DNA of 32,000 nt from Breoghania sp. L-A4 (GTDB lineage: Bacteria; Pseudomonadota; Alphaproteobacteria; Rhizobiales; Stappiaceae), in the NCBI RefSeq assembly GCF_003432385.1, contig NZ_CP031841.1:1557579-1589578 (forward strand). The letters run 5' to 3'. Positions within the stretch are counted from its first letter, which is position 1. Every line of letters begins with the position of its first letter. Below are positions 1-7,593 of this stretch, one piece after another. Both the position numbers and the translations under genes were made by a program. The notes beneath the pieces are model-generated. The model ran no database searches and was not told the origin of the DNA. It saw nothing but the letters and a program-made list of their open reading frames with translations.

Positions 1-866
1 GCGCCCTGGAAGCCGAACTCGACGAAGATTGCGGTCTCGCCCGAACGCAGGCAGGAATTGGCGCTCACCTGGACGTTGGATCCCGAATTGACGCGCACGG
101 CGGTGAACGCGCAGTCGGCCATGCGGTTGTCGGCGATCAGCACGCCGTTGCCGCGATAGACGTTGATGCCGTTGCCGTTCTGGCCCGAACCGCCGCCGGC
201 CGCGCCGATGCGCTCGATACGGTTGCGCATGATGAGCGTGCCATCCTCGCCGTCCTCGCTGCGAAACACCAGAATGCCGCCGTTGGCGCAGTCCGTGATG
301 GTGTTTTGAGCCAGGCTCATGCCGGCGCCATCGAGACTGAAGATGCCGGCTTCGGCCGCGCCCGAGATCGTGCAGCGCTCGATATGGCCCGCGCAGCCGA
401 GCAGCGACAGGCCGGAGGCGCCACTCGCGGTGATCGTGCAATCGTCGATCGCCAGCCTCTCGACATGGGCGAGATACCCGAGGCCGGTGTTGGACCCGGT
501 CACGGGCAGTCCGCCGCCGTCAAGCGTCAGGCCGTCGAGCGCGATGAACGCACCGCCGTCGCAACGAAGCAATTGTCCCGGCGCGCCGCTGTAGGCGATC
601 GTGCTGGCGCCCGGAACGCCGGTGAGCCGTGCGTGCGACGGAAGCCGCAAATTGGCGGCCGCGTAGCGCCCTGGCGGCAGATACAGCGGCACCCGCTCGG
701 ATGCCGCATGGTCGATGGCGCGCTGAAGGGCGGCGCTTTGATCGTCGCTGCTGTCCGCAAGGATGCCGAGATCGGTGGCGGAGATGGCTCCGGCGCCGGT
801 GGCGAACGCGCGGGCAGGGGCTGCGAACATCGCGGCGCCGGCGAACAGAAAGGCGCGGCGGTTCAT
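1..866 (-). CDS. Secreted right-handed beta-helix protein (resembles the TIGR03808-type twin-arginine family), 3' part outside window
   Basis: Reverse-strand reading from the ATG at 866 gives MNRRAFLFAGAAMFAAPARAFATGAGAISATDLGILADSSDDQSAALQRAIDHAASERVPLYLPPGRY..., with a signal-like N-terminus and repeated beta-helix strands (NTITDCANGGILVFRSEDG...NRIERIG...). Open to the window edge. Confidence 0.8.
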   Translation of the reverse strand, partial: MNRRAFLFAGAAMFAAPARAFATGAGAISATDLGILADSSDDQSAALQRAIDHAASERVPLYLPPGRYAAANLRLPSHARLTGVPGASTIAYSGAPGQLLRCDGGAFIALDGLTLDGGGLPVTGSNTGLGYLAHVERLAIDDCTITASGASGLSLLGCAGHIERCTISGAAEAGIFSLDGAGMSLAQNTITDCANGGILVFRSEDGEDGTLIMRNRIERIGAAGGGSGQNGNGINVYRGNGVLIADNRMADCAFTAVRVNSGSNVQVSANSCLRSGETAIFVEFGFQG

Positions 867-1023
867 GGTGTCCTCCAGAAACAGGTCTCACCCGCGACAC
901 GGGGTGCAATCGGGATGCCGTTTCCTGTGTAGCGGATTGGCACTGATTTGACACCGCTCAAGGTGGGCGCTGGTCAGATCGGCCATGCTTGGAACATGCA
1001 CCAACGGGAGGTGGGAGGAGCGC

Positions 1024-1293
1024 ATGATTTCGCTGGAGGACTGCATTGCGCTGAGTGGGCTGGATGAGGAGGAAATCCTGGCGCTGGCCGAGCATGAACA
1101 TTTGCCCGAAATGGCCGCGGCCGCCCTGGGCAACTATCTGCTGCACAGGCATCATGGCGCCGATCACATCCGCCGGATGATCGAGGACGATATTCGCGAC
1201 GCCCGCGCGCGCGGTGACTGGGCCCATGCCAAGGTGTTGTTCGCCGCCCTGCGTCATTTCCTGCATGAACATCGCGCGGAGCTGGAAGCCTGA
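1024..1293 (+). CDS. Small conserved hypothetical protein (about 89 aa; longer ORF starts at 985)
   Basis: ORF MISLEDCIALSGLDEEEILALAEHEHLPEMAAAALGNYLLHRHHGADHIRRMIEDDIRDARARGDWAHAKVLFAALRHFLHEH; plausible codon usage. Confidence 0.65.
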   Translation: MISLEDCIALSGLDEEEILALAEHEHLPEMAAAALGNYLLHRHHGADHIRRMIEDDIRDARARGDWAHAKVLFAALRHFLHEHRAELEA

Positions 1294-1297
1294 CGGC

Positions 1298-1909
1298 TCA
1301 GCGGTTTAGATGCGCGCTCACGGTCGCCAGGACCGCGCGTGCGGCGCGGGCCTGGCCTTCCGCGTCGGGCCGCGTGTCGGCAGGATCGCCGGCGCCCGGC
1401 AGCGGCATGTGCATGAAGACCGACGGAATGCCCTGCGCAAGGCTGGTCCATAACGTGGCGTTGCACAGATAGGCGCCCGCGTCGCGTGAAACGCGGGCAC
1501 GCACGCCGCATGCCTCGACAGCGGAGACGAGCCTGCCTGTCGGCAGGGTCGAGGATCGGGCCAGGGGGCCGCCGGGAGCCAGAAGGCTGTGGCCGGGGCG
1601 GCAGCACCCGGCGGCGTCGAGGCCACTGGCCGCGTTGCGGGCCCGGCTCTCGATGCACACCATGGCGCGCCGCGCGGCGACGCCAAAATGCACCACGGCA
1701 TCGGGGCGGTGGGCTCCATAGAGCGCCGGCAGTTCGGCCTCGAGCATTGCCCAGGTGACGGGGAGCAGATGGCAGCGCATCTCGATGCCGGCGCCGGCCA
1801 GGGGATCCCCGGCGGCGAGATTTGCGATCAGCGCCTCGGTGGGGTTCGCCGGCACGCCGGGAAAGGCGCCGAAGCCGGTGACCAGCAGGGTCTTCGGCTG
1901 CGTGCCCAT
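1298..1909 (-). CDS. pcp: Pyroglutamyl-peptidase I (pyrrolidone-carboxylate peptidase, C15)
   Basis: LLVTGFGAFPGVPANPTEALI...RPDAVVHFGVAARRAMVCIESRARN...GAYLCNATLWTSL matches C15 family motifs. Confidence 0.85.
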   Translation of the reverse strand: MGTQPKTLLVTGFGAFPGVPANPTEALIANLAAGDPLAGAGIEMRCHLLPVTWAMLEAELPALYGAHRPDAVVHFGVAARRAMVCIESRARNAASGLDAAGCCRPGHSLLAPGGPLARSSTLPTGRLVSAVEACGVRARVSRDAGAYLCNATLWTSLAQGIPSVFMHMPLPGAGDPADTRPDAEGQARAARAVLATVSAHLNR

Positions 1910-1910
1910 C

Positions 1911-2921
1911 CTACAATCCCATCAGCTTGGCGATCTGGCCGACGGCGCGCGAGGCGGAGAGCCGGCCGTCGCGCACCGACGCCTCGAGTTCGGGCAGGCG
2001 GGCGCCGACAGCAGGGTTGTTGCGCAGCGCCTGCATCATGCGGTCTTCAAGCATCGACCACATCCAGGCGACCTTCTGGGTGGCGCGGACCTTCTGGAAA
2101 TCGCCGCTTGCCGTCGTCTTCTCGCGATGCATCTCGATCTGCGTCCACATCGTATCCAGCCCCTCGTTGGCGAGACCGGAGATGGTGACGACGGGCGGCG
2201 TCCACACGGCGCTGCGCGGCGCGAGGATGTGCAAGGCGGCGCGGTATTCGGCCGCGGCGGCGCGCGCACGCGTGGCGCCCTCGCCATCGGCCTTGTTGAC
2301 GGCGATCATGTCGGCGATTTCCAGCACGCCCTTCTTGATGCCCTGCAATTCGTCGCCCGCGCCCGGCAGCATGAGAACGAGAAAGAAATCCACCATTTCG
2401 GCGACGGTGATCTCGGACTGGCCGATGCCGACGGTTTCCACCAGCACCACGTCGAAGCCTGCCGCCTCGCACAGAAGCATGGTTTCGCGCGTCTTGGCCG
2501 CCACGCCCCCCAATGTGCCGGAGGAGGGCGAGGGCCGGATGAAGGCGTTGGGGTCGATAGCCAGTTGCGCCATGCGCGTCTTGTCGCCGAGGATCGAGCC
2601 TCCGGTGCGGCTGGAGGAGGGATCGACAGCCAGCACGGCCACCTTGTGGCCTTTCGCGGTCAGATTGGAGCCCAGCGTGTCGATGGTGGTCGACTTGCCG
2701 ACGCCGGGTACGCCGGTGATGCCGATGCGCCGGGCGCCGCCGGTATCGGGCAGCAATTCCTGCAGCAGGGCTTCGGCCATCTCGCGGTGGGCGGGCTTTC
2801 TGGATTCAACCAGTGTGATGGCCCGCGCCAGTTTGGCGCGTGCGCCCGCGCGGATGCCGGCGGCGAGGTCAGCGATGCGGGCGGAATCGGTTGTCTTGAC
2901 CATACATCCCGCATAGCGCAA
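1911..2921 (-). CDS. meaB: Methylmalonyl-CoA mutase-associated GTPase MeaB (ArgK family)
   Basis: RRIGITGVPGVGKSTTIDTLGSNLTAKGHKVAVLAVDPSSSRTGGSILGDKTRM, DVVLVETVGIGQSE, NKADGEG. Start may be 2906. Confidence 0.92.
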   Translation of the reverse strand: MRYAGCMVKTTDSARIADLAAGIRAGARAKLARAITLVESRKPAHREMAEALLQELLPDTGGARRIGITGVPGVGKSTTIDTLGSNLTAKGHKVAVLAVDPSSSRTGGSILGDKTRMAQLAIDPNAFIRPSPSSGTLGGVAAKTRETMLLCEAAGFDVVLVETVGIGQSEITVAEMVDFFLVLMLPGAGDELQGIKKGVLEIADMIAVNKADGEGATRARAAAAEYRAALHILAPRSAVWTPPVVTISGLANEGLDTMWTQIEMHREKTTASGDFQKVRATQKVAWMWSMLEDRMMQALRNNPAVGARLPELEASVRDGRLSASRAVGQIAKLMGL

Positions 2922-3104
2922 AGCGGCCGCCAGGTCACCTTGAGGATGCGTGTTCGAAGCTGAACGGCTGCCACCGGGCCGCTCCCGGCCGCGCGCCGCC
3001 GGACGGACGGATCACAAACGAGGGTGTTGATCTGCGTCATTCCGCCGGATTTCCGAACCTCCTAGACTTCAGCAGGCTTCGGAACGGAGGCCACGGGGGA
3101 CAAT

Positions 3105-3812
3105 ATGAGGAGCAAGGAAATGACGTTTGTTAAACCTCTGATCGGCGCCGCGGTGCTGCTCGTGGCAGCCTCGGGCATGGTGAGCGCGCAAATGAGCGGT
3201 CCCGGCTACGGCCAGGGATATGGGATGGGACAACAGCCGGTGATGCCCGGACAACAGCCGATGATGCCGGGCTACGGCATGGGCCAGGGCTACGGAATGA
3301 TGGGCCAGGGCTACGGCATGATGGGCCCGGGCTACGGCATGATGGGCCCGGGCTACGGCATGATGGGCCCGGGCTACGGCATGATGGGCCCGGGCTACGG
3401 CATGATGGGCCCGGGCTACGGCATGATGGGCCCGGGTTACGGCCAGCGCGGCATGCATCGCTTCGCTGTGGTCGACGCCGATGGGGACGGAATCATCAGC
3501 GCCGATGAGGCGGCCTCCGCCGCCGAGGATGTTTTTACCGCCATGGACGCGGATGATGACGGGGCGCTGACGCTTGAGGAATTCATGGCCGTGCGTATGG
3601 GGCCGCAATACGGCTGGAACCAGGCTCGTCAGGCAAGCCGGCAGGAGGCCAAGCAGGATCGCTTCGGCGCCATGGACGCGGACGACGACGGCAAGGTCAC
3701 CAAGCAGGAGTTCATGGATGCGGCCAAAGCGCGGTTTGAACAGGCCGATGGCGACAGCGATGGCAAGGTGAGTCCTTGGGATTTCCGTCGGCATCATCGT
3801 CGCGGCTGGTAG
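3105..3812 (+). CDS. Secreted EF-hand calcium-binding protein with Gly/Tyr/Met-rich tandem repeat
   Basis: N-terminal signal-like segment; GYGMMGP repeats; EF-hand loops DADGDGIISADE, DADDDGALTLEE, DADDDGKVTKQE, DGDSDGKVSPWD. Start may be the ATG at 3120. Confidence 0.8.
   Translation: MRSKEMTFVKPLIGAAVLLVAASGMVSAQMSGPGYGQGYGMGQQPVMPGQQPMMPGYGMGQGYGMMGQGYGMMGPGYGMMGPGYGMMGPGYGMMGPGYGMMGPGYGMMGPGYGQRGMHRFAVVDADGDGIISADEAASAAEDVFTAMDADDDGALTLEEFMAVRMGPQYGWNQARQASRQEAKQDRFGAMDADDDGKVTKQEFMDAAKARFEQADGDSDGKVSPWDFRRHHRRGW
3309..3434 (+). repeat. Perfect 21-bp tandem repeat GGCTACGGCATGATGGGCCCG x 6 (degenerate units from 3270)
   Basis: Units at 3309, 3330, 3351, 3372, 3393 and 3414 are identical; preceded by an 18-bp and a 21-bp variant (3270-3308). 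Confidence 0.97.
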
Positions 3813-3859
3813 TTCGCCGGGCCCGCCGGCGGCGGTCACGCACGGCGTCGTGCGCCGCG

Positions 3860-4024
3860 TCAGCCGCCGGCGGCAAATGCGAGGGCCAGCGCGCTCAGCA
3901 GCACGAGGATGGGCGAAAAAGCCTGGACCAGGATTGCGGCGAGCACCAAGGCGAAGATCAGCGCCAGCCGCAGGGCGCTGATCTGTGGCGGGTCGCTCCA
4001 CGTAGGATCGCGTCTCGGGGACAT
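3860..4024 (-). CDS. Small putative membrane protein (54 aa)
   Basis: MSPRRDPTWSDPPQISALRLALIFALVLAAILVQAFSPILVLLSALALAFAAGG; hydrophobic helices. The listed ORF 3860..4294 extends unrealistically into the IS element. Confidence 0.45.
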   Translation of the reverse strand: MSPRRDPTWSDPPQISALRLALIFALVLAAILVQAFSPILVLLSALALAFAAGG

Positions 4025-4128
4025 TGCCCACTCTCCACCGGACGGCTCGGATCGACCGTTGCGGCAAGGATAATGCGTCCGGGCTTTGCTGTCCCGGCAA
4101 TATGCCGGCCGGCGACACCTGAGGGCAG

Positions 4129-5085
4129 CTAGATGTGGAGCCTCAAGAGGTTGTCCTCGGTTAGATCGAGTCGACTGATCGGTGTTTTGGATTTTAGGCT
4201 GCCATGTGGCCGGTGCCAATTGTAGCGGTGTAGCCAGATCGGCAGTTCGGCTGCGCGATGGCGTGACGTTGGGTAGGCGATGGCATAGGCCCATTCCCGC
4301 AACGCGGTCTGTATGAAGCGTTCGGCCTTGCCGTTTGTCTTGGGCGTGTAGGGTCGGGTGCGGATGTGCTTGAGGCCGAGATCGCGGCAGGCTTTTGCGA
4401 AGGCTTTCGATTTGTAGCAGGCGCCATTGTCGGTCATGACGCGGGTGACGGTGACGCCCAGGCTCTCGTAATAGGCGAGCGCGGCGCGCAGGAAAGCGAC
4501 CGCACTGTGTTTCTTCTCGTCGGGCAAGATCTGGCTGAAGGCGATGCGCGAGGCATCGTCGATGCAGACATGGACAAACTCCCAGCCGACACCGCGGCTG
4601 TTGGACTGGCCGGTGCGATCGCCGGTGATGCGGTGGCCGACGCGGTCGAACCGACCGAGTTTCTTGATGTCGATGTGGATCAACTCGCCCGGATGCTGGC
4701 GTTCATAGCGGCGCACCGGTTCGGCCGGATCGAGGTCCTTGAGCCGGGAGAGGCCTGCCCGCCGCAGCGCCCGGCTGACGGTGGCCGGTGACACGCCGAC
4801 CTCCCGAGCGATGTGCTTACCTGTCCAGCGCTGACGGCGCAGGGCGATGATGCGTTCACAGAGGAGCGGATCGGTTGCGCTGGGCATCCGGCCTGGCCGA
4901 GAGGAGCGGTCGACCATGCCGGCCGGGCCTTCCGCCCTGTAGCGTTCGGCCCACCGGGCAACGATCTTGGCCGACACGCCATAGACCCGCGCCGCCTGGG
5001 CCCGGGAAAGACGACCTTCAATGACCGCTTGGGCCATCTCCCCTCGACGCAACGGTGTCAGGCGGGCATTCTTGTGGATGTTCAT
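4129..5085 (-). CDS. IS481-family transposase (HTH plus DDE integrase core)
   Basis: MNIHKNARLTPLRRGEMAQAVIEGRLSRAQAARVYGVSAKIVARW...HIDIKKLGRFDRVGHR...VHVCIDDASRIAFSQI...VTRVMTDNGACYKS...IRTRPYTPKTNGKAERFIQ. Confidence 0.93.
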   Translation of the reverse strand: MNIHKNARLTPLRRGEMAQAVIEGRLSRAQAARVYGVSAKIVARWAERYRAEGPAGMVDRSSRPGRMPSATDPLLCERIIALRRQRWTGKHIAREVGVSPATVSRALRRAGLSRLKDLDPAEPVRRYERQHPGELIHIDIKKLGRFDRVGHRITGDRTGQSNSRGVGWEFVHVCIDDASRIAFSQILPDEKKHSAVAFLRAALAYYESLGVTVTRVMTDNGACYKSKAFAKACRDLGLKHIRTRPYTPKTNGKAERFIQTALREWAYAIAYPTSRHRAAELPIWLHRYNWHRPHGSLKSKTPISRLDLTEDNLLRLHI

Positions 5086-5169
5086 TCGGACCCTCCGATG
5101 CGTGCTGAAGCGTGGTAACTCCAGTCTCCTCGGTCAGGTCCGAATGGACAACCTGTTGAAAGCTCACAT
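4133..5169 (-). mobile_element. IS481-family insertion sequence
   Basis: Imperfect terminal inverted repeats TGTGGAGCCTCAAGAGGTTGTCC (4134-4156) and TGTGAGCTTTCAACAGGTTGTCC (reverse complement of 5146-5168), flanked by CTAG at 4129-4132 and 5170-5173. Confidence 0.88.
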
Positions 5170-5254
5170 CTAGGCTGTAGTGACAATTTAACGTCACTGG
5201 GGGATTCCCTTTGAGGCGCAAATCAGATTCAAGGCTGACTTTTGGAGGTCGGCT

Positions 5255-5599
5255 TTGGAAGGCGAAGTTCTACGCGACGATCAATGGGAGCAGATCAGGC
5301 CGTTTGTTCCGGGCGGCCTGAAGGGCAAGCGCGGCCCGCGCAGCGACGGCCGACGCTTCTTCGATGCGATTTTGTGGCTGGCGCGTTCCGGAGCGCGCTG
5401 GCGGGATCTGCCGGAGGATCGCTTCGGCCCCTACCAGACCGCCAAGCGGCGCTACTACCGCTGGATCGAGGCGGGTGTGTTCGACCGTTTGTTCGAGGCG
5501 ATCGCGAGCGATCCGGACATGGAATGGCTGTCGATCGATGCCACCGTCATCCGCGCCCAGGCGCAGGCCGCCGGAGCGCGGCGTAAAAGGGGGGCCTGA
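5255..5599 (+). CDS. IS5-family transposase, N-terminal ORF A
   Basis: LRDDQWEQIRPFVPGGLKGKRGPRSDGRRFFDAILWLARSGARWRDLPEDRFGPYQTAKRRYYRWIEAGVFDRLFEAI. Confidence 0.85.
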   Translation: MEGEVLRDDQWEQIRPFVPGGLKGKRGPRSDGRRFFDAILWLARSGARWRDLPEDRFGPYQTAKRRYYRWIEAGVFDRLFEAIASDPDMEWLSIDATVIRAQAQAAGARRKRGA

Positions 5600-6017
5600 A
5601 ACCCAGGCTCTCGGCCGCTCCCGCGGCGGCTTCGGCACCAAGCTGCACGCCGTCGTAGACGCGCTCGGTCTGCCGGTGCGCTTCGAGCTGGGACCGGGTC
5701 AGCAGAACGACATGGCGCCCGCTTGCGAGCTGATCGAGGGCTTGGCGGTGACACAGGTGATCGCCGACCGCGCCTATGATGCCGACCGGCTATACGACCT
5801 CATTCTCGAACAGGGCGGCGAGCCGGTCATCCCGCCGCGCCGGCATCGCAGATACCAGCACGACTACGACAAGATTGCCTACAAGAACCGGTGGGGCATT
5901 GAGGGCTTCTTCGCTAAGCTCAAGCAGTGGCGCCGCATCGCAACCCGCTACGACAAGCTTGCCGCCAACTTCCTAGGCTTCGTCAAACTCGCCAGCATAA
6001 TGCTCTGGCTCAAATGA
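5364..6017 (+). CDS. IS5-family transposase, C-terminal ORF B (meaningful coding from about 5580)
   Basis: ETQALGRSRGGFGTKLHAVVDALGLPVRFELGPGQQNDM...VIADRAYDADRLYDLI...YKNRWGIEGFFAKLKQWRRIATRYDKLAANFLGFVKLASIMLWLK. Confidence 0.85.
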   Translation: MRFCGWRVPERAGGICRRIASAPTRPPSGATTAGSRRVCSTVCSRRSRAIRTWNGCRSMPPSSAPRRRPPERGVKGGPETQALGRSRGGFGTKLHAVVDALGLPVRFELGPGQQNDMAPACELIEGLAVTQVIADRAYDADRLYDLILEQGGEPVIPPRRHRRYQHDYDKIAYKNRWGIEGFFAKLKQWRRIATRYDKLAANFLGFVKLASIMLWLK

Positions 6018-6038
6018 TTAAATTGTCACTACAGCCTA

Positions 6039-6306
6039 GAGCGTTTCCTTGTTAAATGGAATCAATTCTGTTGGTCCAAACCGGTTCGATCCGCGAGGAA
6101 ACGGGCGAACGGCGTAGCCCATGCTACGGCGGAGGCCGTTGACGCGGCGGACGGCCGGTTTCGACCAACCCTTTGGGCGGGATGAATTTTCCCGATTATC
6201 GGCGAGGCCCGTCTCGGCCATATCCGCGATATGCCCTTCGCCAATCCTCTTGATCCTCGACAAAATTCATCTCCGCAGAATGGTTCCATTTAACAAGGAA
6301 ACGCTC
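6039..6306. mobile_element. MITE-like non-autonomous element with long terminal inverted repeats
   Basis: CTAGAGCGTTTCCTTGTTAAATGGAA at 6036-6061 and its exact reverse complement at 6284-6309 (26 bp including CTAG). No complete transposase inside. Confidence 0.75.
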
Positions 6307-6880
6307 TAGCTCGCCGGCGTCCAGATGATCCGCTGCAGCGCCGCGTCGGCAAGCTGCTCGGGGGCGGCATCTGGTCGAAGGGGCCGGCGTATCCCGGAAT
6401 GGCGAAGACCAGCGTGATGTTGTCCGCGCCGCGCGCGGGGCAGACCGCCATTCCACGCCACAGGTTGGTGCCGACGCGGCAGTCGCCTCGCGCCATGCCT
6501 ACCTGTGCGAAGCTCATGCCGATGCGTTCGCCGTTCGGACCCGTCAGATGCGGCGAAACGCCGTGCACCTGGCCGATCTTGCCATCCTTGCCCTTGATCA
6601 CCTGCAGCATCTGGAAGCCTTCGTAAAAGGCGCCGATGGTCCACAGGGTGTGGTCCTCCACCGCGATCTGGATCGGTTGGGTGGTGAAACCCTCATGCAC
6701 CGCTTCGATGGCCTTGGTCGAATAGGGGGTCTCGGCGGTCAGCGTGCCCGCGGATTGCGCGGTGATGCGCAGCAGGCTCTGATCAGGCATGGCGGAAGAC
6801 GACGAGCCAGTGTCCGACGAGGTGACGCAGCCTGCGGTGAGGAGCGCCATGAACGCGGCGCAAACAAGGTTCATCTGCAT
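6306..6880 (-). CDS. Putative lipoprotein; apparent frameshift near 6360-6364
   Basis: MNLVCAAFMALLTAGCVTSSDTG (lipobox LTAGC)...GYAGPFDQMPP. The continuation PEQLADAALQRIIWTPAS* is found in the adjacent frame (ORF 6306..6644). Confidence 0.65.
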
Positions 6881-7156
6881 GGAGTGTTGTGTCTCGGATG
6901 GCATGAGCGGAGTTTCAAATACCAGTTTGGGCGGCATTGTGAAACCCGTGCCGGGTATCCATCAACCACTGATTTCGGCAAAGCGGGCCGGTTGCCGCCT
7001 CCGTGTGGCCACGGATCCTTCGCCGTTGTGTGTAACGCGGCGCTGCGGTAGCGTTTCGGCGCCTGCCCGTATGCGTTCGGACGGAGAATCTTGAGGCCGC
7101 ACCTGCGCCAGTCGATTTCAGCGTGGTGCGTGTGGGCAGGGAAAAAGGGGGGCAAA

Positions 7157-7534
7157 ATGTCGGGAATTTCCGGCTGGTTTTTCAAAAGCGCCGTTGTCTA
7201 CGCGATCATCGGCATGTCGCTGGGCGTGCATATGGCGTCCTCGCACAATCACGACCAGCATGTCACGCATGCCCATATCAATCTGATCGGCTGGGTGAGC
7301 TTCGCCTTGTTCGGGCTCTACTACGACCGCTTCCGCGAGGCGGCGGAAGGGTGGCTGCCGCGTCTGCATTTCTGGTCCGCGCAGACGGGGTTCGTGATGA
7401 TCATCACCGGCATCGCGCTGATCTATGCCGGCACCACGGAAGCCGAGCCGGTGGCCGCCATCGGCTCGCTGATCCTGCTGGCCTCAACGGTCCTCTTCGC
7501 GGTCATTGTCTTCCGCACGCGCCCGGCGAGTTAG
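7157..7534 (+). CDS. Integral membrane protein, possibly cytochrome oxidase subunit I-like, 125 aa
   Basis: MSGISGWFFKSAVVYAIIGMSLGVHMASSHNHDQHVTHAHINLIGWVSFALFGLYYDRF...; four hydrophobic helices and conserved His residues. Confidence 0.7.
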   Translation: MSGISGWFFKSAVVYAIIGMSLGVHMASSHNHDQHVTHAHINLIGWVSFALFGLYYDRFREAAEGWLPRLHFWSAQTGFVMIITGIALIYAGTTEAEPVAAIGSLILLASTVLFAVIVFRTRPAS

Positions 7535-7593
7535 CAATCGGCCGCCCCGGACATGATCCGGGGCGGCATCTTGCCTGTGAGACTGCGCTGCGC

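Larger units (their letters stand above)
5173..6036 (+). mobile_element. IS5-family (IS427-like) insertion sequence
   Basis: 19-bp perfect inverted ends GGCTGTAGTGACAATTTAA (5173-5191) and its complement (6018-6036), flanked by TA within CTAG (5170-5173, 6036-6039). Confidence 0.88.

Noticed and set aside
1755-2963. 402-aa plus ORF opposite meaB and pcp
   Set aside because: Antisense to strongly conserved GTPase and peptidase genes.
3309-3434. Possible CRISPR array
   Set aside because: The units are contiguous 21-bp in-frame repeats with no spacers, and no cas genes are present.
3069-4118. 349-aa minus ORF with repeated HHAVARA motif
   Set aside because: The repeat is only the antisense translation of the GYGMMGP-encoding 21-bp array. 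The plus strand has clear EF-hand motifs.
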